In this document: positions 43,601-58,100 of the stretch, in pieces
How the letters are laid out: each line of letters starts with the position of its first letter
Numbering within the stretch: the stretch's first letter is position 1
Origin: the human T2T-CHM13v2.0 reference genome, Homo sapiens
Length of the DNA stretch: 64,000 nucleotides
Reading direction: 5' to 3' (one strand)
Assembly (NCBI RefSeq): GCF_009914755.1
Contig: NC_060939.1
Translations under genes and position numbers: made by a program
Notes under the pieces: generated by a model
The model's database searches: none
Told to the model about the DNA's origin: nothing
What the model saw: the letters and a program-made list of their open reading frames with translations, nothing else

Positions 43601-44949
43601 CCATTCCGTTCCATTTTTTCCGTTCTGTACGATTCCTACCGTTCGATTTCATTTTGTTCCAGTCCATCCCTTTCGCGTCCATTCCATTCCATTTCACTCC
43701 ATTCGATTCCATTGCACTCGATTCCACTTCGTTCCATTTCATTGCATTCCATTCTATTCAACTCTATTGCCTTCCATTCCATTCCATTCGATTACATTCC
43801 ATGCGATTCCATTCGAAATCGAATCAATTACATTGCAATCCATTACTATTGAGTCCGTTTTATTCCAGTCCACTGCATTCTGGTCCATTCCATTTGATTC
43901 CATTCCATTCTATTCCATTCCATACAGTTGCATTCCATTGGATTCCATGCTATATCTATAAATTCAATTCGAGACCATTGCTTTTGAGTCCATTCTATAT
44001 GATTCCATTCCATTCAAGTCCATTACATTTGGTTCAATTCCATTCCATTCCATTCCATTCCCTTCCATTCCATTCCATTTGATATCAATCCATTCGATTC
44101 CATTCCATTCGAGCACATTCCATTCGAGTCCATTCCATTCGATGCCATTCCATTTGATTCTATTCCATTAGTCTCCATTCAATTCCATTAATCTCCATTC
44201 CATTCCATTTTACTCCAACTGATTCCATTCCATTCTATTCCTTTCCATTCCATTTCATTCCATTCCATTCCATTCCATTCCACTCCATTCGTGTCCATTC
44301 CACTCCAGTCCATTCCATTCGTGTCCATTCCATTCCAGTCCATTCCATTTGTGTCCACTGCATTCCATTCCACTCCATTCCATATTATTCCAATACACTC
44401 CATTCCATTCTATCACTTTCATTTCCATTCAATTCCATTCCATTTGATTCCATTCCACTCGGTTTCATTCCATTTGAGTCCACTCCATTCCATTCCATTC
44501 CATTCTATTCAGTTCCATTCCATTCTGTTCCATTCCATTCCGTTCCATTACATTCCATTCCATTCGGTACCATTCCATATTGTTCCATTCGATTCCATTC
44601 GAATCCATTCCATTCCAGTCCATTCCATTCGATTCCATTCCATTCATTTCAATTCCATTCCATTCCATTACATTCCACTTGATTCCTCTCCATTCCCTTC
44701 CACTGCATTCCGTTCGATTCCATTCCATTGCATTGCATTCCATTCCATTGGATTGCATTCCATTCGATTCCATTCCATTCGAATCAATTACATAGCAATC
44801 CATTACATTCGAGTCTATTCTCTTCCGTTCCATTCGATTTCGTTCCAATCCATTCGATTCCATTCCATTCGATTCCATTCCATACTATTGCATTTCATTC
44901 GATTACATTATATTCGAATAAGTTCCATTCAAGACCATTTCTTTTGAGT

Positions 44950-47900
44950 CCATTCTATTTGAGTCCATTCCCTTTGATTCCATAACATTTGAGTCCATTC
45001 AATTCCATTCCTTTCGTTTCCATTCCATTTGATGCCATTCCATTCAATTCTGTTCTACTCGACTCCAATACATTCAATTCCATTCCATCCGATTCCATTA
45101 CATTCTTTTCATTTCTTATCCATTTCAAGCCATTCCACTCCATTCCATTCCACTCGTTTCCTTTCCATTCGAGTCCATTCCTCTCCAGTCCATTCCGTTC
45201 AATCCATTCCATTCCAGTCCATTCCATTCGAGTCCGTTCCATTCCAGTCCATTCCATTCGAGTCAATTCCATCCCATTCGATGTCTTTCCATAGCGATCC
45301 ATTCCATTCTATTCCTTTCAATTCCATTCCATTCTATTTCATTCCATTCGATTCCCTTCCATTGGACTCCTTTCCATTCGAGTGCATTCCATTCCGTTCC
45401 ATTTCTTTCCGTTCTGTACGATTCCTACCGTTCGATTTCATTTTGTTCCAGTCCATTCCTTTCGCGTCCATTCCATTCCATTTCACTCCATTCGATTCCA
45501 TTCCACTCGATTCCACTTCGTTCCATTTCATTGCATTCCATTCTATTCAACTCTATTGCCTTCCATTCCATTCCATTCGATTACATTCCATGCGATTCCA
45601 TTCGAAATCGAATCAATTACATTGCAATCCATTACAATTGAGTCCGTTTTATTCCAGTCCACTGCATTCTGGTCCATTCCATTTGATTCCATTCCATTCT
45701 ATTCCATTCCATACAGTTGCATTCCTTTGGATTCCATGCTATATATATAAATTCAATTCGAGACCATTGCTTTTGAGTCCATTCTATATGATTCCATTCC
45801 ATTCAAGTCCATTACATTTGGTTCAATTCCATTCCATTCCATTCCCTTCCATTCCATTCCAGTTGATATCAATCCATTCGATTCCATTCCATTCGAGCAC
45901 ATTCCATTCGAGTCCATTCCATTTGATGCCATTCCATTTGATTCTATTCCATTAGTCTCCATTCAATTCCATTAATCTCCATTCCATTCCATTCTACTCC
46001 AACTGATTCCATTCCATTCTATTCCTTTCCATTCCATTTCATTCCATTCCATTCCATTTCATTCCATTCCATTCCATTCGCTTCCATTCCATTCGTGTCC
46101 ATTCCACTCCAGTCCATTCCATTCGTGTCCATTCCATTCCAGTCCATTCCATTTGTGTCCACTGCATTCCATTCCACTCCATTCCATATTATTCCATTAC
46201 ACTCCCTTCCATTCTATTACTTTCATTTCCATTCAATTCCATTCCATTTGATTCCATTCCACTCGGTTTCATTCCATTTGAGTCCACTCCATTCCATTCC
46301 ATTCCATTCCATTCAGTTCCATTCCATTCTGTTCCATTCCATTCCGTTCCATTACATTCCATTCCATTCGGTACCATTCCATATTGTTCCATTCGATTCC
46401 ATTCGAATCCATTCCATTCCAGTCCTTTCCATTCGATTCCATTCCATTCATTTCAATTCCATTCCATTCCATTCCATTACATTCCACTTGATTCCTCTCC
46501 ATTCCCTTCCACTGCATTCCGTTCGATTCCATTCCATTGCATTGCATTCCATTCCATTGGATTGCATTCCATTCGATTCCATTCCATTCGAATCAATTAC
46601 ATAGCAATCCATTACATTCGAGTCTATTCTATTCCGTTCCATTCGATTTCGTTCCAATCCATTCGATTCCATTCCATTCGATTCCATTCCATACCATTGC
46701 ATTCCATTCGATTACATTATATTCGAATAAGTTCCATTCAAGACCATTTCTTTTGAGTCCATTCTATTTGAGTCCATTCCCTTTGATTCCTTAACATTTG
46801 AGTCCATTCAATTCCATTCCTTTCGTTTCCATTCCATTTGATGCCATTCCATTCAATTCGGTTCTACTCGACTCCAATACATTCAATTCCATTCCATCCG
46901 ATTCCATTACATTCTTTTCATTTCTTATCCATTTCAAGCCATTCCACTCCATTCCTTTCCACTCGTTTCCTTTCCATTCGAGTCCATTCCTCTCCAGTCC
47001 ATTCCGTTCAATCCATTCCATTCCAGTCCATTCCATTCGAGTCCGTTCCATTCCAGTCCATTCCATTCGAGTCAATTCCATTCCATTCGATGTCTTTCCA
47101 TAACGATCCATTCCATTCTATTCCTTTCGATTCCATTCCATTCTATTTCATTCCATTCGATTCCCTTCCATTGAACTCCTTTCCATTCGAGTGCATTCCA
47201 TTCCTTTCCATTTCTTTCCGTTCTGTACGATTCCTACCGTTCGATTTCATTTTGTTCCAGTCCATTCCTTTCGCGTCCATTCCATTCCATTTCACTCCAT
47301 TCGATTCCATTCCACTCGATTCCACTTCGTTCCATTTCATTTCATTCCATTCTATTCAACTCTATTGCCTTCCATTCCATTCCATTCGATTACATTCCAT
47401 GCGATTCCATTCGAAATCGAATCAATTAAATTGCAATCCATTACTATTGAGTCCGTTTTATTCCAGTCCACTGCATTCTGGTCCATTCCATTTGATTCCA
47501 TTCCATTCTATTCCATTCCATACAGTTGCATTCCATTGGATTCCATGCTATATCTATAAATTCAATTCGAGACCATTGCTTTTGAGTCCATTCTATATGA
47601 TTCCATTCCATTCAAGTCCATTACATTTGGTTCAATTCCATTCCATTCCATTCCCTTCCATTCCATTCCATTTGATATCAATCCATTCGATTCCATTCCA
47701 TTCGAGCACATTCCATTCGAGTCCATTCCATTCGATGCCATTCCATTTGATTCTATTCCATTAGTCTCCATTCAATTCCATTAATCTCCATTCCATTCCA
47801 TTCTACTCCAACTGATTCCATTCCATTCTATTCCTTTCCATTCCATTCCATTCCATTCCATTCCATTTCATTCCATTCCATTCCATTCGTGTCCATTCCA

Positions 47901-50900
47901 CTCCAGTCCATTCCATTTAGGTCCATTCCATTCCAGTCCATTCCATTTGTGTCCACTGCATTCCATTCCAATCCATTCCATATTATTCCATTACACTCCA
48001 TTCCATTCTATTACTTTCATTTCCATTCAATTCCATTCCATTTGATTCCATTCCACTCGGTTTCATTCCATTTGAGTCCACTCCATTCCATTCAGTTCCA
48101 TTCCATTCTGTTCCATTCCATTCCGTTCCATTACATTCCATTCCATTCGGTACCATTCCATATTGTTCCATTCGATTCCATTCGAATCCATTCCATTCCA
48201 GTCCATTCCATTCGATTCCATTCCATTCATTTCAATTCCATTCCATTCCATTCCATTACATTCCACTTGATTCCTCTCCATTCCCTTCCACTGCATTCCG
48301 TTCAATTCCATTCCATTGCATTGCATTCCATTCCATTGGATTGCATTCCATTCGATTCCATTCCATTCGAATCAATTACATAGCAATCCATTACATTCGA
48401 GTCTATTCTATTCCGTTCCATTCGATTTCGTTCCACTCCATTCGATTCCATTCCATTCGATTCTATTCCATACCATTGCATTCCATTCGATTACATTATA
48501 TTCGAATAAGTTCCATTCAAGACCATTTCTTTTGAGTCCATTCTATTTGAGTCCATTCCCTTTGATTCCATAACATTTGAGTCCATTCAATTCCATTCCT
48601 TACGTTTCCATTCCATTTGATGCCATTCCATTCAATTCTGTTCTACTCGACTCCAATACATTCAATTCCATTCCATCCGATTCCATTACATTCTTTTCAT
48701 TTCTTATCCATTTCAAGCCATTCCACTCCATTCCATTCCACTCGTTTCCTTTCCATTCGAGTCCATTCCTCTCCAGTCCATTCCGTTCAATCCATTCCAT
48801 TCCAGTCCATTCCATTCGAGTCCGTTCCATTCCAGTCCATTCCATTCGAGTCAATTCCATCCCATTCGATGTCTTTCCATAGCGATCCATTCCATTCTAT
48901 TCCTTTCAATTCCATTCCATTCTATTTCATTCCATTCGATTCCCTTCCATTGGACTCCTTTCCATTCGAGTGCATTCCATTCCGTTCCATTTCTTTCCGT
49001 TCTGTACGATTCCTACCGTTCGATTTCATTTTGTTCCAGTCCATTCCTTTCGCGTCCATTCCATTCCATTTCACTCCATTCGATTCCATTCCACTCGATT
49101 CCACTTCGTTCCATTTCATTGCATTCCATTCTATTCAACTCTATTGCCTTCCATTCCATTCCATTCGATTACATTCCATGCGATTCCATTCGAAATCGAA
49201 TCAATTACATTGCAATCCATTACAATTGAGTCCGTTTTATTCCAGTCCACTGCATTCTGGTCCATTCCATTTGATTCCATTCCATTCTATTCCATTCCAT
49301 ACAGTTGCATTCCTTTGGATTCCATGCTATATATATAAATTCAATTCGAGACCATTGCTTTTGAGTCCATTCTATATGATTCCATTCCATTCAAGTCCAT
49401 TACATTTGGTTCAATTCCATTCCATTCCATTCCCTTCCATTCCATTCCAGTTGATATCAATCCATTCGATTCCATTCCATTCGAGCACATTCCATTCGAG
49501 TCCATTCCATTCGATGCCATTCCATTTGATTCTATTCCATTAGTCTCCATTCAATTCCATTAATCTCCATTCCATTCCATTCTACTCCAACTGATTCCAT
49601 TCCATTCTATTCCTTTCCATTCCATTTCATTCCATTCCATTCCATTTCATTCCATTCCATTCCATTCGCTTCCATTCCATTCGTGTCCATTCCACTCCAG
49701 TCCATTCCATTCGTGTCCATTCCATTCCAGTCCATACCATTTGTGTCCACTGCATTCCATTCCACTCCATTCCATATTATTCCATTACACTCCCTTCCAT
49801 TCTATTACTTTCATTTCCATTCAATTCCATTCCATTTGATTCCATTCCACTCGGTTTCATTCCATTTGAGTCCACTCCATTCCATTCCATTCCATTCCAT
49901 TCAGTTCCATTCCATTCTGTTCCATTCCATTCCGTTCCATTACATTCCATTCCATTCGGTACCATTCCATATTGTTCCATTCGATTCCATTCGAATCCAT
50001 TCCATTCCAGTCCATTCCATTCGATTCCATTCCATTCATTTCAATTCCATTCCATTCCATTCCATTACATTCCACTTGATTCCTCTCCATTCCCTTCCAC
50101 TGCATTCCGTTCGATTCCATTCCATTGCATTGCATTCCATTCCATTGGATTGCATTCCATTCGATTCCATTCCATTCGAATCAATTACATAGCAATCCAT
50201 TACATTCGAGTCTATTCTATTCCGTTCCATTCGATTTCGTTCCAATCCATTCGATTCCATTCCATTCGATTCCATTCCATACCATTGCATTCCATTCGAT
50301 TACATTATATTCGAATAAGTTCCATTCAAGACCATTTCTTTTGAGTCCATTCTATTTGAGTCCATTCCCTTTGATTCCTTAACATTTGAGTCCATTCAAT
50401 TCCATTCCTTTCGTTTCCATTCCATTTGATGCCATTCCATTCAATTCGGTTCTACTCGACTCCAATACATTCAATTCCATTCCATCCGATTCCATTACAT
50501 TCTTTTCATTTCTTATCCATTTCAAGCCATTCCACTCCATTCCTTTCCACTCGTTTCCTTTCCATTCGAGTCCATTCCTCTCCAGTCCATTCCGTTCAAT
50601 CCATTCCATTCCAGTCCATTCCATTCGAGTCCGTTCCATTCCAGTCCATTCCATTCGAGTCAATTCCATTCCATTCGATGTCTTTCCATAACGATCCATT
50701 CCATTCTATTCCTTTCGATTCCATTCCATTCTATTTCATTCCATTCGATTCCCTTCCATTGGACTCCTTTCCATTCGAGTGCATTCCATTCCTTTCCATT
50801 TCTTTCCGTTCTGTACGATTCCTACCGTTCGATTTCATTTTGTTCCAGTCCATTCCTTTCGCGTCCATTCCATTCCATTTCACTCCATTCGATTCCATTC

Positions 50901-52130
50901 CACTCGATTCCACTTCGTTCCATTTCATTTCATTCCATTCTATTCAACTCTATTGCCTTCCATTCCATTCCATTCGATTACATTCCATGCGATTCCATTC
51001 GAAATCGAATCAATTAAATTGCAATCCATTACTATTGAGTCCGTTTTATTCCAGTCCACTGCATTCTGGTCCATTCCATTTGATTCCATTCCATTCTATT
51101 CCATTCCATACAGTTGCATTCCATTGGATTCCATGCTATATCTATAAATTCAATTCGAGACCATTGCTTTTGAGTCCATTCTATATGATTCCATTCCATT
51201 CAAGTCCATTACATTTGGTTCAATTCCATTCCATTCCATTCCCTTCCATTCCATTCCATTTGATATCAATCCATTCGATTCCATTCCATTCGAGCACATT
51301 CCATTCGAGTCCATTCCATTCGATGCCATTCCATTTGATTCTATTCCATTAGTCTCCATTCAATTCCATTAATCTCCATTCCATTCCATTCTACTCCAAC
51401 TGATTCCATTCCATTCTATTCCTTTCCATTCCATTCCATTCCATTCCATTCCATTTCATTCCATTCCATTCCATTCGTGTCCATTCCACTCCAGTCCATT
51501 CCATTTAGGTCCATTCCATTCCAGTCCATTCCATTTGTGTCCACTGCATTCCATTCCAATCCATTCCATATTATTCCATTACACTCCATTCCATTCTATT
51601 ACTTTCATTTCCATTCAATTCCATTCCATTTGATTCCATTCCACTCGGTTTCATTCCATTTGAGTCCACTCCATTCCATTCAGTTCCATTCCATTCTGTT
51701 CCATTCCATTCCGTTCCATTACATTCCATTCCATTCGGTACCATTCCATATTGTTCCATTCGATTCCATTCGAATCCATTCCATTCCAGTCCATTCCATT
51801 CGATTCCATTCCATTCATTTCAATTCCATTCCATTCCATTCCATTACATTCCACTTGATTCCTCTCCATTCCCTTCCACTGCATTCCGTTCAATTCCATT
51901 CCATTGCATTGCATTCCATTCCATTGGATTGCATTCCATTCGATTCCATTCCATTCGAATCAATTACATAGCAATCCATTACATTCGAGTCTATTCTATT
52001 CCGTTCCATTCGATTTCGTTCCACTCCATTCGATTCCATTCCATTCGATTCTATTCCATACCATTGCATTCCATTCGATTACATTATATTCGAATAAGTT
52101 CCATTCAAGACCATTTCTTTTGAGTCCATT
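44950..52130. repeat. Tandem duplication of a two-unit block (2 x 3588 bp)
   Basis: Rare variants recur exactly 3588 bp apart: ATAGCG (45291/48879), TTAACATTTG (46791/50379), CCATTTAGGT (47913/51501), also ATTACAATTG, CAATTCGGTT, AATTAAATTG. Unit spacings alternate 1809/1779/1809/1779. Boundaries approximate. Confidence 0.92.
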
Positions 52131-55100
52131 CTATTTGAGTCCATTCCCTTTGATTCCATAACATTTGAGTCCATTCAATTCCATTCCTTTCGTTTCCATT
52201 CCATTTGATGCCATTCCATTCAATTCTGTTCTACTCGACTCCAATACATTCAATTCCATTCCATCCGATTCCATTACATTCTTTTCATTTCTTATCCATT
52301 TCAAGCCATTCCACTCCATTCCATTCCACTCGTTTCCTTTCCATTCGAGTCCATTCCTCTCCAGTCCATTCCGTTCAATCCATTCCATTCCAGTCCATTC
52401 CATTCGAGTCCATTCCATTCCAGTCCATTCCATTCGAGTCAATTCCATCCCATTCGATGTCTTTCCATAACGATCCATTCCATTCTATTCCTTTCGATTC
52501 CATTCCATTCTATTTCATTCCATTCGATTCCCTTCCATTGGACTCCTTTCCATTCGAGTGCATTCCATTCCGTTCCATTTCTTACCGTTCTGTACGATTC
52601 CTACCGTTCGATTTCATTTTGTTCCAGTCCATTCCTTTCGCGTCCATTCCATTCCATTTCACTCCATTCGATTCCATTCCACTCGATTCCACTTCGTTCC
52701 ATTTCATTGCATTCCATTCTATTCAACTCTATTGCCTTCCATTCCATTCCATTCGATTACATTCCATGCGATTCCATTCGAAATCGAATCAATTACATTG
52801 CAATCCATAACTATTGAGTCCATTTTATTCCAGTCCACTGCATTCTGGTCCATTCCATTTGATTCCATTCCATTCTATTCCATTCCATACAGTTGCATTC
52901 CATTGGATTCCATTCTATATCTATAAATTCAATTCGAGACCATTGCTTTTGAGTCCATTCTATATGATTCCATTCCATTCAAGTCCATTACATTTGGTTC
53001 AATTCCATTCCATTCCATTCCCTTCCATTCCATTCCAGTTGATATCAATCCATTCGATTCCATTCCATTCGAGCACATTCCATTCGAGTCCATTCAATTC
53101 GATGCCATTCCATTTGGTTCTATTCCATTAGTCTCCATTCAATTCCATTAATCTCCATTCCATTCCATTCTACTCCAACTGATTCCATTCCATTCTATTC
53201 CTTTCCATTCCATTTCATTCCATTCCATTCCATTCCATTCCATTCCATTCGTGTCCATTCCACTCCAGTCCATTCCATTCGTGTCCATTCCATTCCAGTC
53301 CATTCCATTTGTGTCCACTGCATTCCATTCCACTCCATTCCATATTATTCCATTACACTCCATTCCATTCTATTACTTTCATTTCCATTCAATTCCATTC
53401 CATTTGATTCCATTCCACTCGGTTTCATTCCATTTGAGTCCACTCCATTCCATTCCATTCCATTCCATTCAGTTCCATTCCATTCTGTTCCATTCCATTC
53501 CGTTCCATTACATTCCATTCCATTCGGTACCATTCCATATTGTTCCATTCGATTCCATTCGAATCCATTCCATTCCAGTCCATTCCATTCGATTCCATTC
53601 CATTCATTTCAATTCCATTCCATTCCATTCCATTACATTCCACTTGATTCCTCTCCATTCCCTTCCACTGCATTCCGTTCGATTCCATTCCATTGCATTG
53701 CATTCCATTCCATTGTATTGCATTCCATTCGATTCCATTCCATTCGAATCAATTACATAGCAATCCATTACATTCGAGTCTATTCTCTTCCGTTCCATTC
53801 GATTTCGTTCCAATCCATTCGATTCCATTCCATTCGATTCCATTCCATACTATTGCATTCCATTCGATTACATTATATTCGAATAAGTTCCATTCAAGAC
53901 CATTACTTTTGAGTCCATTCTTTTTGAGTCCATTCCCTTTGATTCCATAACATTTGAGTCCATTCAATTCCATTCCTTTCGTTTGCATTCCATTTGATGC
54001 CATTCCATTCAATTCTGTTCTACTCGACTCCAATACATTCAATTCCATTCCATCCGATTCCATTACATTCTTTTCATTTCTTATCCATTTCAAGCCATTC
54101 CACTCCATTCCATTCCACTCGTTTCCTTTCCATTCGAGTCCATTCCTCTCCAGTCCATTCCGTTCAATCCATTCCATTCCAGTCCATTCCATTCGAGTCC
54201 GTTCCATTCCAGTCCTCTCTATTCGAGTCAATTCCATCCCATTCGATGTTTTTCCATAACGATCCATTCCATTCTATTCCTTTCGATTCCATTCCATTCT
54301 ACTTCATTCAATTCGATTCCCTTCCATTGGACTCCTTTCCATTCGAGTGCATTCCATTCCGTTCCATTTCTTTCCGTTCTGTACGATTCTTACCGTTCGA
54401 TTTCATTTTGTTCCAGTCCATTCCTTTCGCGTCCATTCCATTCCATTTCACTCCATTCGATTCCATTCCACTCGATTCCACTTCGTTCCATTTCATTGCA
54501 TTCCATTCTATTCAACTCTATTGCCTTCCATTCCATTCCATTCGATTACATTCCATGCGATTGCATTCGAAATCGAATCAATTACATTGCAATCCATTAC
54601 TATTGAGTCCGTTTTATTCCAGTCCACTGCATTCTGGTCCATTCCATTTGATTCCATTCCATTCTATTCCATTCCATACAGTTGCATTCCATTGGATTCC
54701 ATGCTATATCTATAAATTCAATTCGAGACCATTGCTTTTGAGTCCATTCTATGTGATTCCATTCCATTCAAGTCCATTACATTTGGTTCAATTCCATTCC
54801 ATTCCAGTTGATATCAATCCATTCGATTCCATTCCATTCGAGCACATTCCATTCGAGTCCATTCCATTCGATGCCATTCCATTTGATTCTATGCCATTAG
54901 TCTCCATTCAATTCCATTAATCTCCATTCCATTCCATTCTACTCCAACTGATTCCATTCCATTATATTCCTTTCCATTCCATTTCATTCCATTCCATTCC
55001 ATTTCATTCAATTCCATTCCATTCGTGTCCATTCCACTCCAGTCCATTCCATTCGTGTCCATTCCATTCCAGTCCATTCCATTTGTGTCCACTGCATTCC

Positions 55101-58100
55101 ATTCCACTCCATTCCATATTATTCCATTACACTCCATTCCATTCTATTACTTTCATTTCCATTCAATTCCATTCCATTTGATTCCATTCCACTCGGTTTC
55201 ATTCCATTTGAGTCCACTCCATTCCATTCCATTCCATTCCATTCAGTTCCATTCCATTCTGTTCCATTCCATTCCGTTCCATTACATTCCATTCCATTCG
55301 GTACCATTCCATATTGTTCCATTCGATTCCATTCGAATCCATTCCATTCCAGTCCATTCCATTCGATTCCATTCCATTCATTTCAATTCCATTCCATTCC
55401 ATTCCATTACATTCCACTTGATTCCTCTCCATTCCCTTCCACTGCATTCCGTTCGATTCCATTCCATTGCATTGCATTCCATTCCATTGGATTGCATTCC
55501 ATTCGATTCCATTCCATTCGAATCAATTACATAGCAATCCATTACATTCGAGTCTATTCTCTTCCGTTCCATTCGATTTCGTTCCAATCCATTCGATTCC
55601 ATTCCATTCGATTCCATTCCATACTATTGCATTCCATTCGATTACATTATATTCGAATAAGTTCCATTCAAGACCATTTCTTTTGAGTCCATTCTATTTG
55701 AGTCCATTCCCTTTGATTCCATAACATTTGAGTCCATTCAATTCCATTCCTTTCGTTTCCATTCCATTTGATGCCATTCCATTCAATTCTGTTCTACTCG
55801 ACTCCAATACATTCAATTCCATTCCATCCGATTCCATTACATTCTTTTCATTTCTTATCCATTTCAAGCCATTCCACTCCATTCCATTCCACTCGTTTCC
55901 TTTCCATTCGAGTCCATTCCTCTCCAGTCCATTCCGTTCAATCCATTCCATTCCAGTCCATTCCATTCGAGTCCGTTCCATTCCAGTCCATTCCATTCGA
56001 GTCAATTCCATCCCATTCGATGTCTTTCCATAACGATCCATTCCATTCTATTCCTTTCGATTCCATTCCATTCTATTTCATTCCATTCGATTCCCTTCCA
56101 TTGGACTCCTTTCCATTCGAGTGCATTCCATTCCGTTCCATTTCTTTCCGTTCTGTATGATTCCTACCGTTCGATTTCATTTTGTTCCAGTCCATTCCTT
56201 TCGCGTCCATTCCATTCCATTTCACTCCATTCGATTCCATTCCACTCGATTCCACTTCGTTCCATTTCATTGCATTCCATTCTATTCAACTCTATTGCCT
56301 TCCATTCCATTCCATTCGAATACATTCCATGCGATTCCATTCGAAATCGAATCAATTACATTGCAATCCATTACTATTGAGTCCGTTTTATTCCAGTCCA
56401 CTGCATTCTGGTCCATTCCATTTGATTCCATTCCATTCTATTCCATTCCATGCAGTTGCATTCCATTGGATTCCATGCTATATCTATAAATTCAATTCGA
56501 GACCATTGCTTTTGAGTCCATTCTATATGATTCCATTCCATTCAAGTCCATTACATTTGGTTCAATTCCATTCCATTCCATTCCCTTCCATTCCATTCCA
56601 GTTGATATCAATCCATTCGATTCCATTCCTTTCGAGCACATTCCATTCGAGTCCATTCCATTCGATGCCATTCCATTTGATTCTATTCCATTAGTCTCCA
56701 TTCAATTCCATTAATCTCCATTCCATTCCATTCTACTCCAACTGATTCCATTCCATTCTATTCCTTTCCATTCCATTTCATTCCATTCCATTCCATTTCA
56801 TTCCATTCCATTCCATTCGTGTCCATTCCACTCCAGTCCATTCCATTCGTGTCCATTCCATTCCAGTCCATTCCATTTGTGTCCACTGCATTCCATTCCA
56901 CTCCATTCCATATTATTCCATTACACTCCATTCCATTCTATTACTTTCATTTCCATTCAATTCCATTCCATTTGATTCCATTCCACTCGGTTTCATTCCA
57001 TTTGAGTCCACTCCATTCCATTCCATTCCATTCCATTCAGTTCCATTCCATTCTGTTCCATTCCATTCCGTTCCATTACATTCCATTCCATTCGGTACCA
57101 TTCCATATTGTTCCATTCGATTCCATTCGAATCCATTCCATTCCAGTCCATTCCATTCGATTCCATTCCATTCATTTCAATTCCATTCCATTCCATTCCA
57201 TTACATTCCACTTGATTCCTCTCCATTCCCTTCCACTGCATTCCGTTCGATTCCATTCCATTGCATTGCATTCCATTCCATTGGATTGCATTCCTTTCGA
57301 TTCCATTCCATTCGAATCAATTACATAGCAATCCATTACATTCGAGTCTATTCTATTCCGTTCCATTCGATTTCGTTCCAATCCATTCGATTCCATTCCA
57401 TTCGATTCCATTCCATACTATTGCATTCCATTCTATTACATTATATTCGAATAAGTTCCATTCAAGACCATTTCTTTTGAGTCCATTCTATTTGAGTCCA
57501 TTCCCTTTGATTCCATAATATTTGAGTCCATTCAATTCCATTCCTTTCATTTCCATTCCATTTGATGCCATTCCATTCAATTCTGTTCTACTCGACTCCA
57601 ATACATTCAATTCCATTCCATCCGATTCCATTACATTCTTTTCATTTCTTATCCATTTCAAGCCATTCCACTCCATTCCATTCCACTCGTTTCCTTTCCA
57701 TTCGAGTCCATTCCTCTCCAGTCCATTCCGTTCAATCCATTCCATTCCAGTCCATTCCATTCGAGTCCGTTCCATTCCAGTCCATTCCATTCGAGTCAAT
57801 TCCATCCCATTCGATGTCTTTCCATAACGATCCATTCCATTCTATTCCTTTCGATTCCATTCCATTCTATTTCATTCCATTCGATTCCCTTCCATTGGAC
57901 TCCTTTCCATTCGAGTGCATTCCATTCCTTTCCATTTCTTTCCGTTCTGTACGATTCCTACCGTTCGATTTCATTTTGTTCCAGTCCATTCCTTTCGCGT
58001 CCATTCCATTCCATTTCACTCCATTCGATTCCATTCCACTCGATTCCACTTCGTTCCATTTCATTGCATTCCATTCTATTCAACTCTATTGCCTTCCATT

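Noticed and set aside
44950-52130. Assignment to DYZ1 (Yq12, ~3.6-kb HSat3 unit)
   Set aside because: The 3.6-kb period is local and made of two highly similar 1.8-kb units; the basic period across the window is 1.79 kb.
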